Assembly (NCBI GenBank): GCA_046346885.1
Contig: JAXMHI010000002.1
Location: forward strand, 216,768-280,767
Reading direction: 5' to 3'
DNA: 64,000 bases
Source: a bacterium
GTDB taxonomy: Bacteria > UBA10199 > JADFYH01
Of this stretch, positions 45,611-54,280 are shown piece after piece. The notes under the pieces were generated by a model that made no database searches, had not been told where the DNA came from, and was given only the letters and a program-made list of their open reading frames with translations. Position numbers and translations under genes: made by a program. The first letter of the stretch is position 1; every line of letters starts with the position of its first letter.

Positions 45611-48127
45611 TTATTTCTTGAGGGAAGCGCTGAGCGACTTAGAGTCGGAGTCCATCGAGAACGAGGTGCTCCACCCCTTGTAGCCTTCGAGTTCTAGCTT
45701 CACCGAATGATCTTTCCCCACCCTCACCCCGCGAATGACCAAGGGCGTCTTGCGGCCCGTGGAAACCCCGTCGATGAAGACCGAGGCGCCGGGAGGGCTC
45801 GAGTCGATTCGAAGCGAACCGAATCCTCCCGCCGTGGGAGTCGTCTTATTGGCAAGGTTGTTCTTCTTGGCTTCTTCGAGCTTCTTCTGCTCTTCCAACT
45901 TTTTCGCTTCTTCCTCTTTCTTTTGCTGCGAATTCTGCTGATTCTTTTGCGCTTCTTCGAGTTTCTTCTGCTCGGCGAGCTTCTTGGCCTCTTCTTCCTT
46001 CTTCTTGTTGTCCGTGGGATTTTGTTGCTGCTTGTTGGCCAGCTCCTCTTTTTTCTTCTGCTCCTCCAAGATTTTGGCCTGCTTTTCCTGCTCGGCCTTT
46101 TGTTTTTCCAGCTGCTTTTTCTTGTCTTCTTCCTCTTTCTTCTTGATCTCTTCCTCGCTCACCAGTTTCTCGGTGATTACGATGGGCTTGTCCGCCTGGA
46201 TTTGGAGGCTACGGGTGAAACCGCGATATTGGTCTTTCTCGACGCGAAGGGTGACGGTTTTGCCCACTTCCAGCTTTTGCAGTTTGTTGGGCGTGGTTAA
46301 GTTGGTGTCTTGGTTGTCGATGAAGATTTTGGCGCCCGGAGGGGTCGTATTCACTTCGACGAGGCCGTATTTGATGGGCTCCAGCTTCTTTTCGTATTTT
46401 ACGGGCTCGACCGAATAAAGAGTGATGCGGTCTTCCGTGGGATAGAAGTCTTCCTTTTCCACTTTCAACGTAACCGTCTTGTTGAGGTCAAGATCGGCGA
46501 TTTTGGCGGGGGTGACGAGGCCCGTGTCTTTGCCGTCTAAAATGACCTTGGCTCCCTCGGGATGGGTTGTCACTTCAATGGTTGCCGAAGGAATAGGATC
46601 CAGCGTCGCTTGAATATTGAGCGGTTGGGCGGAAATGAGGGTGACGAGGCGGTCCCAATCCTTGAATTTCTCGTGCTTCAAGGTGATTTTTTGGCCGATG
46701 TTCAGCTCGATCGCCTGCAAGGGGCTGGGAGTGAGCAGGTTCGTGTCTTTATCGTTCAAGAAAATCTTGGCGCCCGGAGGGATCGAGTTGACCACGATGG
46801 TGCCGATTTTTTGCCCTTGCTGGGGAGGCTGCATGCGCTTGTAGACGAAATAACCCCCGACCCCCAAGAAGGCGAAAAGAACGAGCAGAGAAACCCAGGC
46901 CCAGGTGCGCGAAGGCTTAGCCGCGACCGGCGCCGGTTGCGGCATGACCAGCTTCGACTGGCTGATCTCCAGGGCCGATTGCTGGGTGTGTTGGCCCGTG
47001 ACCTCGGACGAGACGGCGGAGGCCCGAGTGATTCCCGTGTTCATCCCGCTTTGTGTGAAGTGGATGCCTTGGTCGACGCTCGTCTTGTCGATGTCGTCGC
47101 GGTGGACCAAATTTTGTTGGTCGTCCGTGCCCAGCATGATCGAGCGGGTTTGCGAGTCGATGGAGAGGTCGTCCTTGCGTTTGGCGCTCTTGTTTTTGAT
47201 CTCTTCGGCGAATAGGCGCTTCACCAAGTTGGCCAGTTTGCGGGGCGAGAAATCGAGGTAGGTGGAATAAAGGTACTTCGTCAGCTCGATCTGCATGTCG
47301 CCGGCGTTTTCGAAACGGTCCCGCTGCGAGTAAGCGAGTGATTTGGCGAGGATGCGCTTTAAGTCCGGCGGGATCGAATCCGGAAAGCTCGCTTCGGTGA
47401 TGCGGGTCGTGCGGATCTTCTTTAAGACTTCGAATTGGGTTTCACCGGAGAAGAAACGTTGGCCGGTGAGAAGCTCGTAGAGCATGAGTCCGGTCGAGAA
47501 AAGATCGGTCTTGTAATCCACCGGCTTGCCTAAGGCCTGCTCGGGGGACATGTAGGTGATCTTGCCCTTTAAGACTCCCGCCATCGTATGCGAGATATTC
47601 ATGGCCGCCTTCGCGATGCCGAAGTCGACGATCTTCACTTCTCCCTCGAAGCTGAGCAGGATGTTTTGCGGAGAGATGTCGCGGTGGACGATATTGAGCG
47701 GGTTGCCGTCCATGTCTTTCTTGGCGTGGGCGTAATCGAGGCCCTTGCACACTTCGCTGATGGCGTAGACGGCGATGTCTTCCGGGATCTTCTCGTTGTT
47801 TTCCTTGCAGCGGTTCATCACCTCGCGCAGGTTGATGCCGTCGACGAATTCCATCGAAATGAAATAGTCGGTGCCGACCTTGCCCAGGTCGAAGACCTGA
47901 GCGATGTTGGTGTGCGAGAGGGCGACGGAGAGCTTCGCCTCGTCGATGAGCATGGTGATGAATTCTTTGTCGCTCGAGCAGTGGGGGAGGATGCGCTTGA
48001 TGGCGAGGAGTTTTTCAAAACCGTCCACCCCGAAGGTTTTCGCCTTGTAGATCTCGGCCATGCCCCCGGTGGCAAGCTTCTCGATAAGAAAATACTTTCC
48101 GAAAGGTTTGGGTTGAAAGTCAGTCAT
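45611..48127 (-). CDS. Hanks-type Ser/Thr protein kinase with TM segment, four PEGA domains and a Lys/Glu-rich repeat region
   Basis: GGMAEIYKA, AIKRI, HRDISPQNILL, DFGIAK, YMSPEQ. TM WAWVSLLVLFAFLGVGGYFVY. PEGA units such as VNSIPPGAKIFLNDKDTNLLTPS and IDSSPPGASVFIDGVSTGRKTP. Confidence 0.9.
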   Translation of the reverse strand: MTDFQPKPFGKYFLIEKLATGGMAEIYKAKTFGVDGFEKLLAIKRILPHCSSDKEFITMLIDEAKLSVALSHTNIAQVFDLGKVGTDYFISMEFVDGINLREVMNRCKENNEKIPEDIAVYAISEVCKGLDYAHAKKDMDGNPLNIVHRDISPQNILLSFEGEVKIVDFGIAKAAMNISHTMAGVLKGKITYMSPEQALGKPVDYKTDLFSTGLMLYELLTGQRFFSGETQFEVLKKIRTTRITEASFPDSIPPDLKRILAKSLAYSQRDRFENAGDMQIELTKYLYSTYLDFSPRKLANLVKRLFAEEIKNKSAKRKDDLSIDSQTRSIMLGTDDQQNLVHRDDIDKTSVDQGIHFTQSGMNTGITRASAVSSEVTGQHTQQSALEISQSKLVMPQPAPVAAKPSRTWAWVSLLVLFAFLGVGGYFVYKRMQPPQQGQKIGTIVVNSIPPGAKIFLNDKDTNLLTPSPLQAIELNIGQKITLKHEKFKDWDRLVTLISAQPLNIQATLDPIPSATIEVTTHPEGAKVILDGKDTGLVTPAKIADLDLNKTVTLKVEKEDFYPTEDRITLYSVEPVKYEKKLEPIKYGLVEVNTTPPGAKIFIDNQDTNLTTPNKLQKLEVGKTVTLRVEKDQYRGFTRSLQIQADKPIVITEKLVSEEEIKKKEEEDKKKQLEKQKAEQEKQAKILEEQKKKEELANKQQQNPTDNKKKEEEAKKLAEQKKLEEAQKNQQNSQQKKEEEAKKLEEQKKLEEAKKNNLANKTTPTAGGFGSLRIDSSPPGASVFIDGVSTGRKTPLVIRGVRVGKDHSVKLELEGYKGWSTSFSMDSDSKSLSASLKK
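45860..46006 (-). repeat. tandem coding repeat (about 27-aa K/E-rich unit, two copies)
   Basis: KKKEEEAKKLAEQKKLEEAQKNQQNSQ / QKKEEEAKKLEEQKKLEEAKKN within the kinase ectodomain. Confidence 0.6.
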
Positions 48128-48144
48128 GGAAATTGATCACTCGC

Positions 48145-48777
48145 TTATAAAAGCCGAGTCACCCCGTACGCCACAAGAAAAATTAGGATGACACAGATAG
48201 TATATAAAACGATTTGTTTCGCCGACAGGGCCTTTTGAACTTCGTCGGCCCTCGTTTTCACCTCTTGAGGCAAGACCGCCTGCGTTAGAGGCTCTTCGGG
48301 GGCCGCCCTTTGACCCGCTGCGTTCGCCTCTTGAAGGATTCGTTGATGCAACACCACCGACGCCTTCAGGTACGGATCTTGCCCGAAAACATTCAAAGAA
48401 ATCGGGTCTCCGGGTTTGTAATGGACAAGTTTCAAACCTTCGGCCCGAGAAACGGCGATCAACGCCGAGTCTTGCCGGCTTCCATCGCTCATCACGATGT
48501 CCACCTCTAAAGAAGCCATGTCTCGGGCGGTGGAAACTCCTTTGAACAAGAGAGACTGAATGTCGCCGCGATGGATGTTTAAAGTTTCTCTCTTTCCCGA
48601 ATCTTTTGCAATGAGCCTGTTCCAGTCGGGCTTTTCCTCGAAAGAAGAGTGTTGATCTTGATGCTGGTCTTGCTGTTTCTCTTCGTCCGATTTGCCCCTT
48701 TTATCTTTTTTAGGGTCGGCCGCAGCCTGGATTTTCCAGTATTCTGCGGGTTTCAGTTTCTCGATCCGGTCGACCAT
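48145..48777 (-). CDS. hypothetical tail-anchored protein upstream of the kinase
   Basis: 210-aa ORF ending 17 nt before the kinase start. C-terminal TM IVLYTICVILIFLVAYGVTRLL. No motif recognised. Confidence 0.5.
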   Translation of the reverse strand: MVDRIEKLKPAEYWKIQAAADPKKDKRGKSDEEKQQDQHQDQHSSFEEKPDWNRLIAKDSGKRETLNIHRGDIQSLLFKGVSTARDMASLEVDIVMSDGSRQDSALIAVSRAEGLKLVHYKPGDPISLNVFGQDPYLKASVVLHQRILQEANAAGQRAAPEEPLTQAVLPQEVKTRADEVQKALSAKQIVLYTICVILIFLVAYGVTRLL

Positions 48778-48895
48778 CGGTTTTTACCTTTGCAAAGGGC
48801 GCTTCGAGCGAGAGAGGCTCCCTTTTCATATGCCTTCAAAGGATGAGTTCCGTGGACTCCTTCGACAAATTTTAACCTATCGAAATCTTTTTAGT

Positions 48896-49144
48896 TTAAG
48901 CTTTTCGTCCCACTTTCACAGGCCGTTTTTCCAGTTTTCGGACCACCTTTTTTTCGGCGACTCGCTCGTATGTAGGTCTTAAAATGGTCGCGCTCGCGGG
49001 GGAAGGGGAGATGCTGGATTCGCTTTCCACCTTTGTGGCCTTTCCTCCACAAAAGCTGCACTTCTTTACCGGCTCATCGGTAATCCGCTGAAACATCTCA
49101 AAATGTTTGCCGCATTTACGGCATTGATAACGATGAATTGGCAT
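48896..49144 (-). CDS. FmdB-family zinc-ribbon protein
   Basis: MPIHRYQCRKCGKHFEMFQRITDEPVKKCSFCGG: CxxC...CxxC with the characteristic N-terminal Y.C..CG pattern. Confidence 0.75.
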   Translation of the reverse strand: MPIHRYQCRKCGKHFEMFQRITDEPVKKCSFCGGKATKVESESSISPSPASATILRPTYERVAEKKVVRKLEKRPVKVGRKA

Positions 49145-49326
49145 ATTTCATGCCTTCGCATGACACTGCCTAAAATTTTAGACTTCAAGGGGCCTAAATG
49201 CAATCGAATTTTATGCCCTTAACTCCGGTGAGGTATTTTGTCTACAGGTTTAAGTTGTTGTAGAGACGGGGAAAGAAGTCGGTGGTGACTCGACTCTCCT
49301 TTAAAAACCGCAAGAGAGGAGGGGCA

Positions 49327-49638
49327 TTATTTCACCAAAAACCTTTGTCCCCACTCAAATAAGAGGTTGACCACCACATTTTCGATCAAAATCAGCAGGA
49401 TTAAGACGACGATGGGGGTGAAGTCGAGTCCCGTACGAAAAAGAAATTGGGGCAAGATCCGTCGAACCCTCCAAAAAATCGGTTCGGTGGCCTGCCTTAA
49501 AAACCGAACGATGGGGTTGTAAGGATCGGCGTTGACCCAAGAGATGATCACCGCACCCGCGATGATGAAGGTGTAGATGTTGACTAGGAGACTTAAGATT
49601 TTCGCCAAAGAAATAATGAGATAGCCGATGGCATGCAT
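49327..49638 (-). CDS. yggT: YggT-family membrane protein
   Basis: 103 aa, two TM halves, NPIVRFLRQATEPIFWRVRRILP. Sits after proC as in the conserved yggS-proC-yggT arrangement. Confidence 0.8.
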   Translation of the reverse strand: MHAIGYLIISLAKILSLLVNIYTFIIAGAVIISWVNADPYNPIVRFLRQATEPIFWRVRRILPQFLFRTGLDFTPIVVLILLILIENVVVNLLFEWGQRFLVK

Positions 49639-49639
49639 A

Positions 49640-50464
49640 TCAGTTTCCCTTGAACTCTTTGCGGATTTCTCCCGCCCGTTTCGTGGCTGCTTTCACGGTT
49701 TGTTCCAATAGCTTCTCGAAGCCTTTCTCTTCCATTACTTGAAGTCCGGCTAGGGTCGTTCCCTTTTTCGAAGTGACCAGCGGGATGAGCTCTTGGGGAA
49801 GCTTTCCCGTTTTTTGTAGGGTGAGAGCCGCCCCGAGGGTGGTTTTCAAGGCCAGGCGGTAGGCGACATCGGTGGGAAGCCCGACCTTTTCCCCCGCCCG
49901 TCCCAAGGCCTCCACGAACCGGTAAACATAGGCGGGGCCCGATCCGGAAACGCCGGTGACCGCGTCCAAGTCCGCTTCTCTATTCACCCAAAGCACGTCT
50001 CCCGATCCCCGAAAAACCGCTTCGACCGCTTTTTTCTCCGTGGCGGAAAGGGAAGGGGGGCCGTAAAGACCCGTGATTCCTTCCCCGATCAAGGCCGGGT
50101 TGTTGGGCATGGCACGGATGAGTCGAAGGGCTCCTTTAAAAGGTTTTAAGAGGGTGGCCCGGTCGATTCCCGCGGCGATGGAAATCATCGTATGTCCGCT
50201 CACCGCAGGAGCGATTTCCCTTAATATCGGGATTAAATCTTGGGGCTTGGTTGCCAGCACGATCGTCCGGCATTTTTGCATGAGATCGAGGTTGTTTTTG
50301 ACGGAAGAAATCTTAAATTTTTGGGCGAGTTTCCGAAGTTTCTGGGGGTCTGGATCCGAAACGAATATCTGCTGGGGCGTCATGCCTTGCCGGATCATTC
50401 CGCTGATCAAGGCTTGGGCCATATTGCCGCCGCCGATAAAACCGATGGGGAGGAATTTTTTCAT
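49640..50464 (-). CDS. proC: pyrroline-5-carboxylate reductase
   Basis: MKKFLPIGFIGGGNMAQALISG Rossmann start, RAMPNNPALIGEG, SGSGPAYVY, TSKKGTTLAG. ATGA overlap with the yggS stop. Confidence 0.85.
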   Translation of the reverse strand: MKKFLPIGFIGGGNMAQALISGMIRQGMTPQQIFVSDPDPQKLRKLAQKFKISSVKNNLDLMQKCRTIVLATKPQDLIPILREIAPAVSGHTMISIAAGIDRATLLKPFKGALRLIRAMPNNPALIGEGITGLYGPPSLSATEKKAVEAVFRGSGDVLWVNREADLDAVTGVSGSGPAYVYRFVEALGRAGEKVGLPTDVAYRLALKTTLGAALTLQKTGKLPQELIPLVTSKKGTTLAGLQVMEEKGFEKLLEQTVKAATKRAGEIRKEFKGN

Positions 50465-51156
50465 GACGGTGAAAAAAGAGCCCTTCCGACCCGAACCCAA
50501 GTGGCTCCTTCAACGATTGCCACTTTAAAATCATGGGACATGCCCATCGAGAGCTCGGTAAGGGGTTCTCTATAGAGGCTTTTTCGGTTGAGATCAAAAA
50601 GAATCTCTCGAAGCTTGCGGAAATAGGGCCGAGCCTGCTCCGCCTCTTCCGCTAAAGGAGGCATCCCCATGAGTCCCACGATTTTCAGATGGGTGAGGGG
50701 GTTAAGCGAGGCGATGAACTCCTCCAATTTTTCGCATGCGATTCCTCCCTTGTTTTCTTCGCCGGCTAAACTCACCTCCACGAAGCCCCGGCAGATGACG
50801 CCCCGTTGAGCCGCCGTTTGGTTTATTTTTTCAGCGAGAGAGGTTCGGTCGATCGAATGGAAGAAATCGATCGCCCCCACCAATTCCTTCACTTTGTTGC
50901 TCTGTAGGCGGCCCGTGAAATGCCAATGAATAGGGGAAGGGGAGCCGGTTTCTCTTTCGATTTCTTCCTTTTTCTTTTTCCATTCTTGCACGTAGTTTTC
51001 GCCGAAGTGGCGTTGGCCTTGTTCCCATAGCTTCAGGATGGCATCGGCGGGCTGCCCTTTGGTGACGGCGAGAAGTTTCACCGACCCGGCGGGGCGGCCG
51101 CAACGTTGAAGGGTCTCTTCGATCTCTCGAAGAATACGCGCGTAGGGATCGGTCAT
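50461..51156 (-). CDS. yggS: YggS-family pyridoxal-phosphate homeostasis protein
   Basis: VKLLAVTKGQP, HFGENYVQE, WHFTGRLQSNKVK, LSMGMSHDFKVAI. Confidence 0.85.
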   Translation of the reverse strand: MTDPYARILREIEETLQRCGRPAGSVKLLAVTKGQPADAILKLWEQGQRHFGENYVQEWKKKKEEIERETGSPSPIHWHFTGRLQSNKVKELVGAIDFFHSIDRTSLAEKINQTAAQRGVICRGFVEVSLAGEENKGGIACEKLEEFIASLNPLTHLKIVGLMGMPPLAEEAEQARPYFRKLREILFDLNRKSLYREPLTELSMGMSHDFKVAIVEGATWVRVGRALFSPS

Positions 51157-51199
51157 GGAAAGGATTTAGTCAGTCTTCAGAGGAAAGGCAAGCGGGCCT

Positions 51200-53029
51200 T
51201 TAATCTTCCGGGTCTTCCCAGAGACGCTCGATCAAGCTGCGCCACCAAGGGTGATCTTCTTTTGATTTTTGATATTGAAAAAGAAGCTCGTGGACCTGCG
51301 CGGCGTAGGTGCGCGTTTGGGGATCGCGGTCGTATTTTAATTGCACTAGGGCGTGAAGGCCCATTTCGATTTCAGGGTGCCCTTTTTTGAATTTAGGAAT
51401 GAGTGTTTGATAGGCAAGTGCGGCGAGCTTTCTCACTTCGGGATCCGAATGCTCGAATTGTTCCCGGAGCGACTGAGCTTCTTCATATACCGACGGGCTG
51501 TTTTTGCCGAAGAGTTTCGAGAGGCTCGGATAGGCTTGAGAAGCCTCGATTTGGGAAGTTTTGTCTCCCCGGGCGAAAATGTTCCTTAATTGCCAGGCGC
51601 CGTTATAAATCTCGGGATCGTCGTCTTGCAGACGGGTGGCCAAGGTTTCATAGGCCTTGATGGCCCGCCGAAGGACGTGGAAAAGATTATCTTCCCCCAA
51701 TAGCTTTCGCAGGTGTTGGGCCTCTTCTTGTAATTGGGATCCTCTTTCGGACATGCGGTGGCAGAGGCTTATGTAGGCTTGTAGGGCCAAGTCTCCCGGT
51801 GCTTCCGGCTCCGAAAAACCCTTTCGAAGCGCCTCGGCCTCTTGGAACACCTGATAATCCCCCTTTCCGAAGCGATGGCTCAAAATTCGATAAACATTAA
51901 GGGCCACGGCGCCCACGTGCGGGGTGGGCGATGAAAAGAGGTCTCGGAGAAGTTGTCCTTCCTTATAAAGATCCGGAAAACCTGGGGGGATCGAGGTGAG
52001 GGCTTCCCCGTATTCCGCGATCAGGTTCTCCGCTTTTTGGGGATCCAACGTTCCTTCCGCCGTTATGAAAATGGATCCCCGCTCGATGCGCTCGCGCAGA
52101 TGGGTCATCAGGAATAAAGCCTCCCGTATTGCCCTTAATCCCGGCGGAGCACGGCGATAATCGCCTCCATCCGTGGGGGAGGAAGAGGAGGGGGGTGAGT
52201 CTTCCTCGTCCGCATCCCAACGGGAGACCATCGCGACAGAGAGGGGGATTTTCTTTTCCGCGGGCGCGGATGGTGCTCGGGCCAAGCGCGGGCCGGAGAG
52301 GTCCAAAAAGGAGGAGGAAATTTCGGGAGGCATTCTTTCTTTAGAGCGTAACCTCAAGTCGAGAATTTTCTCTTCAGCGATCACCCTCGGTGAGAAAAGG
52401 AAGAGAAGGCCCGTGGCGAGCCGCAATTGGTTTTGGGAGATTTCCGCTTTCAGGAACTGCTCCGGCAAGCTCTCTTCGGGAGCGGCCATGAGTCCCCAGC
52501 GGGAAGCCGCTTGATGCGAAAAAACCACCGCCGCGTCTTGCAGGAAATGTTGAAAGAAAAGATTTTGTCCCGCACCGAAAGCTCCCATTCCCCTCAAGCT
52601 TAAAAAAGTGAGGAAAGAAGAGGCGAGGCCCTCCTGAATTCCTCCTTTTCCTTCCCATCGTAAAAGGGGGCGGGGGAGGGAAGAGTCCTGTTCGGTGAGG
52701 CGCAAGAGAAGGCGGTGGGTCATTTCAAAAGCGCCGGTTTCTGCGAGCAGCCCGACTCCGTAAGAGGCGCCTTGAAAGAGCGTCTGCAGGGCCGGTTGAA
52801 AAAACGCCCGTTTTTCGGAGAAGGAGAGGATGCCGATTCGCCCGAGACGATATGAAAAGCCGCCGACGAGCATCGCCGCGATGGAAGCGGGATGGGCGAT
52901 TTCGGAGAGAAAATGGCAAGTCAGGTTTTCGACGAGCGACTGCGCGGCCGTAAGCGAGGGGCGGCTTAAATCCTGCGAATCCTCGATTCGCGTCAGAATT
53001 GAGGGAAACGGGAAAGAAGCTTTCTCCAT
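51200..53029 (-). CDS. hypothetical protein: hydrophobic N-half plus six ~40-aa HEAT-like repeats
   Basis: Repeats of form EA..LR..F....P......A..AY..L...F (e.g. EAQSLREQFEHSDPEVRKLAALAYQTLIPKF). Confidence 0.5.
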   Translation of the reverse strand: MEKASFPFPSILTRIEDSQDLSRPSLTAAQSLVENLTCHFLSEIAHPASIAAMLVGGFSYRLGRIGILSFSEKRAFFQPALQTLFQGASYGVGLLAETGAFEMTHRLLLRLTEQDSSLPRPLLRWEGKGGIQEGLASSFLTFLSLRGMGAFGAGQNLFFQHFLQDAAVVFSHQAASRWGLMAAPEESLPEQFLKAEISQNQLRLATGLLFLFSPRVIAEEKILDLRLRSKERMPPEISSSFLDLSGPRLARAPSAPAEKKIPLSVAMVSRWDADEEDSPPSSSSPTDGGDYRRAPPGLRAIREALFLMTHLRERIERGSIFITAEGTLDPQKAENLIAEYGEALTSIPPGFPDLYKEGQLLRDLFSSPTPHVGAVALNVYRILSHRFGKGDYQVFQEAEALRKGFSEPEAPGDLALQAYISLCHRMSERGSQLQEEAQHLRKLLGEDNLFHVLRRAIKAYETLATRLQDDDPEIYNGAWQLRNIFARGDKTSQIEASQAYPSLSKLFGKNSPSVYEEAQSLREQFEHSDPEVRKLAALAYQTLIPKFKKGHPEIEMGLHALVQLKYDRDPQTRTYAAQVHELLFQYQKSKEDHPWWRSLIERLWEDPED

Positions 53030-53115
53030 CCGTGTGCCCTTTCAAGAGGGAAAGATTCTTTATAATACGTAAACGAAAGAATCTATCGACGCGGAAGGAG
53101 GAAGGTTGTGGAAGA

Positions 53116-53433
53116 TTATTTTAAGGCGTCTTCGACGGCGCTCTTCAGCTCGCCCCTCTCGAACATTTCGGTGACGATGTCGCAGCCGCCGATGAATTGC
53201 CCTTTTAGGAAAATTTGGGGAATCGTCGGCCAATGGGTGAAGTCTTTGATGCCTTGACGAATTTCCGGGTCCGACAGTACGTCGATTCCCACGATAGGCG
53301 CACCCACCGCGCGGAGCACATTGACCGACTGGGCCGAGAAACCGCACATGGGGGCGTCGGGGTTGCCCTTCATGAAGATGACCACTCGATTCTTCTCGAT
53401 GATATCCTTGATTTTCGATTGAACGTCCGACAT
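53116..53433 (-). CDS. grxD: monothiol glutaredoxin (Grx4 family)
   Basis: VVIFMKGNPDAPMCGFSAQ (CGFS), WPTIPQIFLKGQFIGGCDI. Confidence 0.85.
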   Translation of the reverse strand: MSDVQSKIKDIIEKNRVVIFMKGNPDAPMCGFSAQSVNVLRAVGAPIVGIDVLSDPEIRQGIKDFTHWPTIPQIFLKGQFIGGCDIVTEMFERGELKSAVEDALK

Positions 53434-53443
53434 TCGAAACTCC

Positions 53444-53692
53444 TTATTTTTTGCTCCACTGCTCGGGGGTGTAGGTTTTCAAGGCCAACGCGTGGAGTTT
53501 TTCCTTCAAGGCCTCCCGTAATGGGGAATACACCATCTGATGTTGTTGTAAAAGGGTTTTACCCTCGAAGAGGGGGGTGACGACGGTCGCCTGTAGGTGG
53601 TCGCCGTCGCCGACTAAGTCTTGCACCGCCACTTGGGCGCCGGGGAGGGCCTGTTCGATGAGTTTTTGAATTTCTCGGGTGTCCATCGGCAT
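53444..53692 (-). CDS. BolA-family protein
   Basis: From MPMDTREIQKLIEQALPGAQVAV.DL.GDGDHLQATVV...F.GK..LQQHQMVY..L...LHAL. Adjacent to grxD, the usual partner. Confidence 0.7.
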   Translation of the reverse strand: MPMDTREIQKLIEQALPGAQVAVQDLVGDGDHLQATVVTPLFEGKTLLQQHQMVYSPLREALKEKLHALALKTYTPEQWSKK

Positions 53693-53775
53693 GGCATTGC
53701 CTTCCTTATTGAATATAATATGGGAATCGGGCACCTTAGTTATAAGGTTTAAAGGCGCTCCGTCAAGGGTTAGAC

Positions 53776-54237
53776 ATGAATGAAACCGATAAAAATAGTA
53801 CGGATGAGGAAAAGGCACGGGATCCACAAGAGGATATTTTAGAGGGGCATGGGGCTTTTGGAGTGGAATATGTCCCGAAGTCTAAACGGACCCCCGTGGT
53901 GAACGGCCGGATTTATGGGGGAAAAACGTCGGAATTACAGCCCGGACGGGCGAAAACCTTTCCCCTCGATCGTTTTACCGTGGCCCTTTTTCGAACGGGG
54001 GATGAGTTTTACGCCATCAAAGACGCCTGCCCTCATGCGGACTATCCCTTATCGAAAAGCAAGCTCATTTCCCCCTACGTGGTGATGTGCAATTCCCACA
54101 ATTGGCGTTTCGACATCCGCGATGGACGCTGCGTGAAAATCGGTAAATGTGGGCACGTGGGCCGTGCGTTGAAGGCCCGAGTTTTTCCAGTCGAAATCGA
54201 GGGAGACGATCTGTGGATTGTGGTCGAAAACCGCTAA
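53776..54237 (+). CDS. Rieske [2Fe-2S] domain protein (NirD-like)
   Basis: CPHADYPLS ... CNSHNWRFD (CxH ... CxxH). Confidence 0.75.
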   Translation: MNETDKNSTDEEKARDPQEDILEGHGAFGVEYVPKSKRTPVVNGRIYGGKTSELQPGRAKTFPLDRFTVALFRTGDEFYAIKDACPHADYPLSKSKLISPYVVMCNSHNWRFDIRDGRCVKIGKCGHVGRALKARVFPVEIEGDDLWIVVENR

Positions 54238-54280
54238 AAAATCCTTAACATCCTAAAAGCCCTATGCTAGCCGGACCGGC

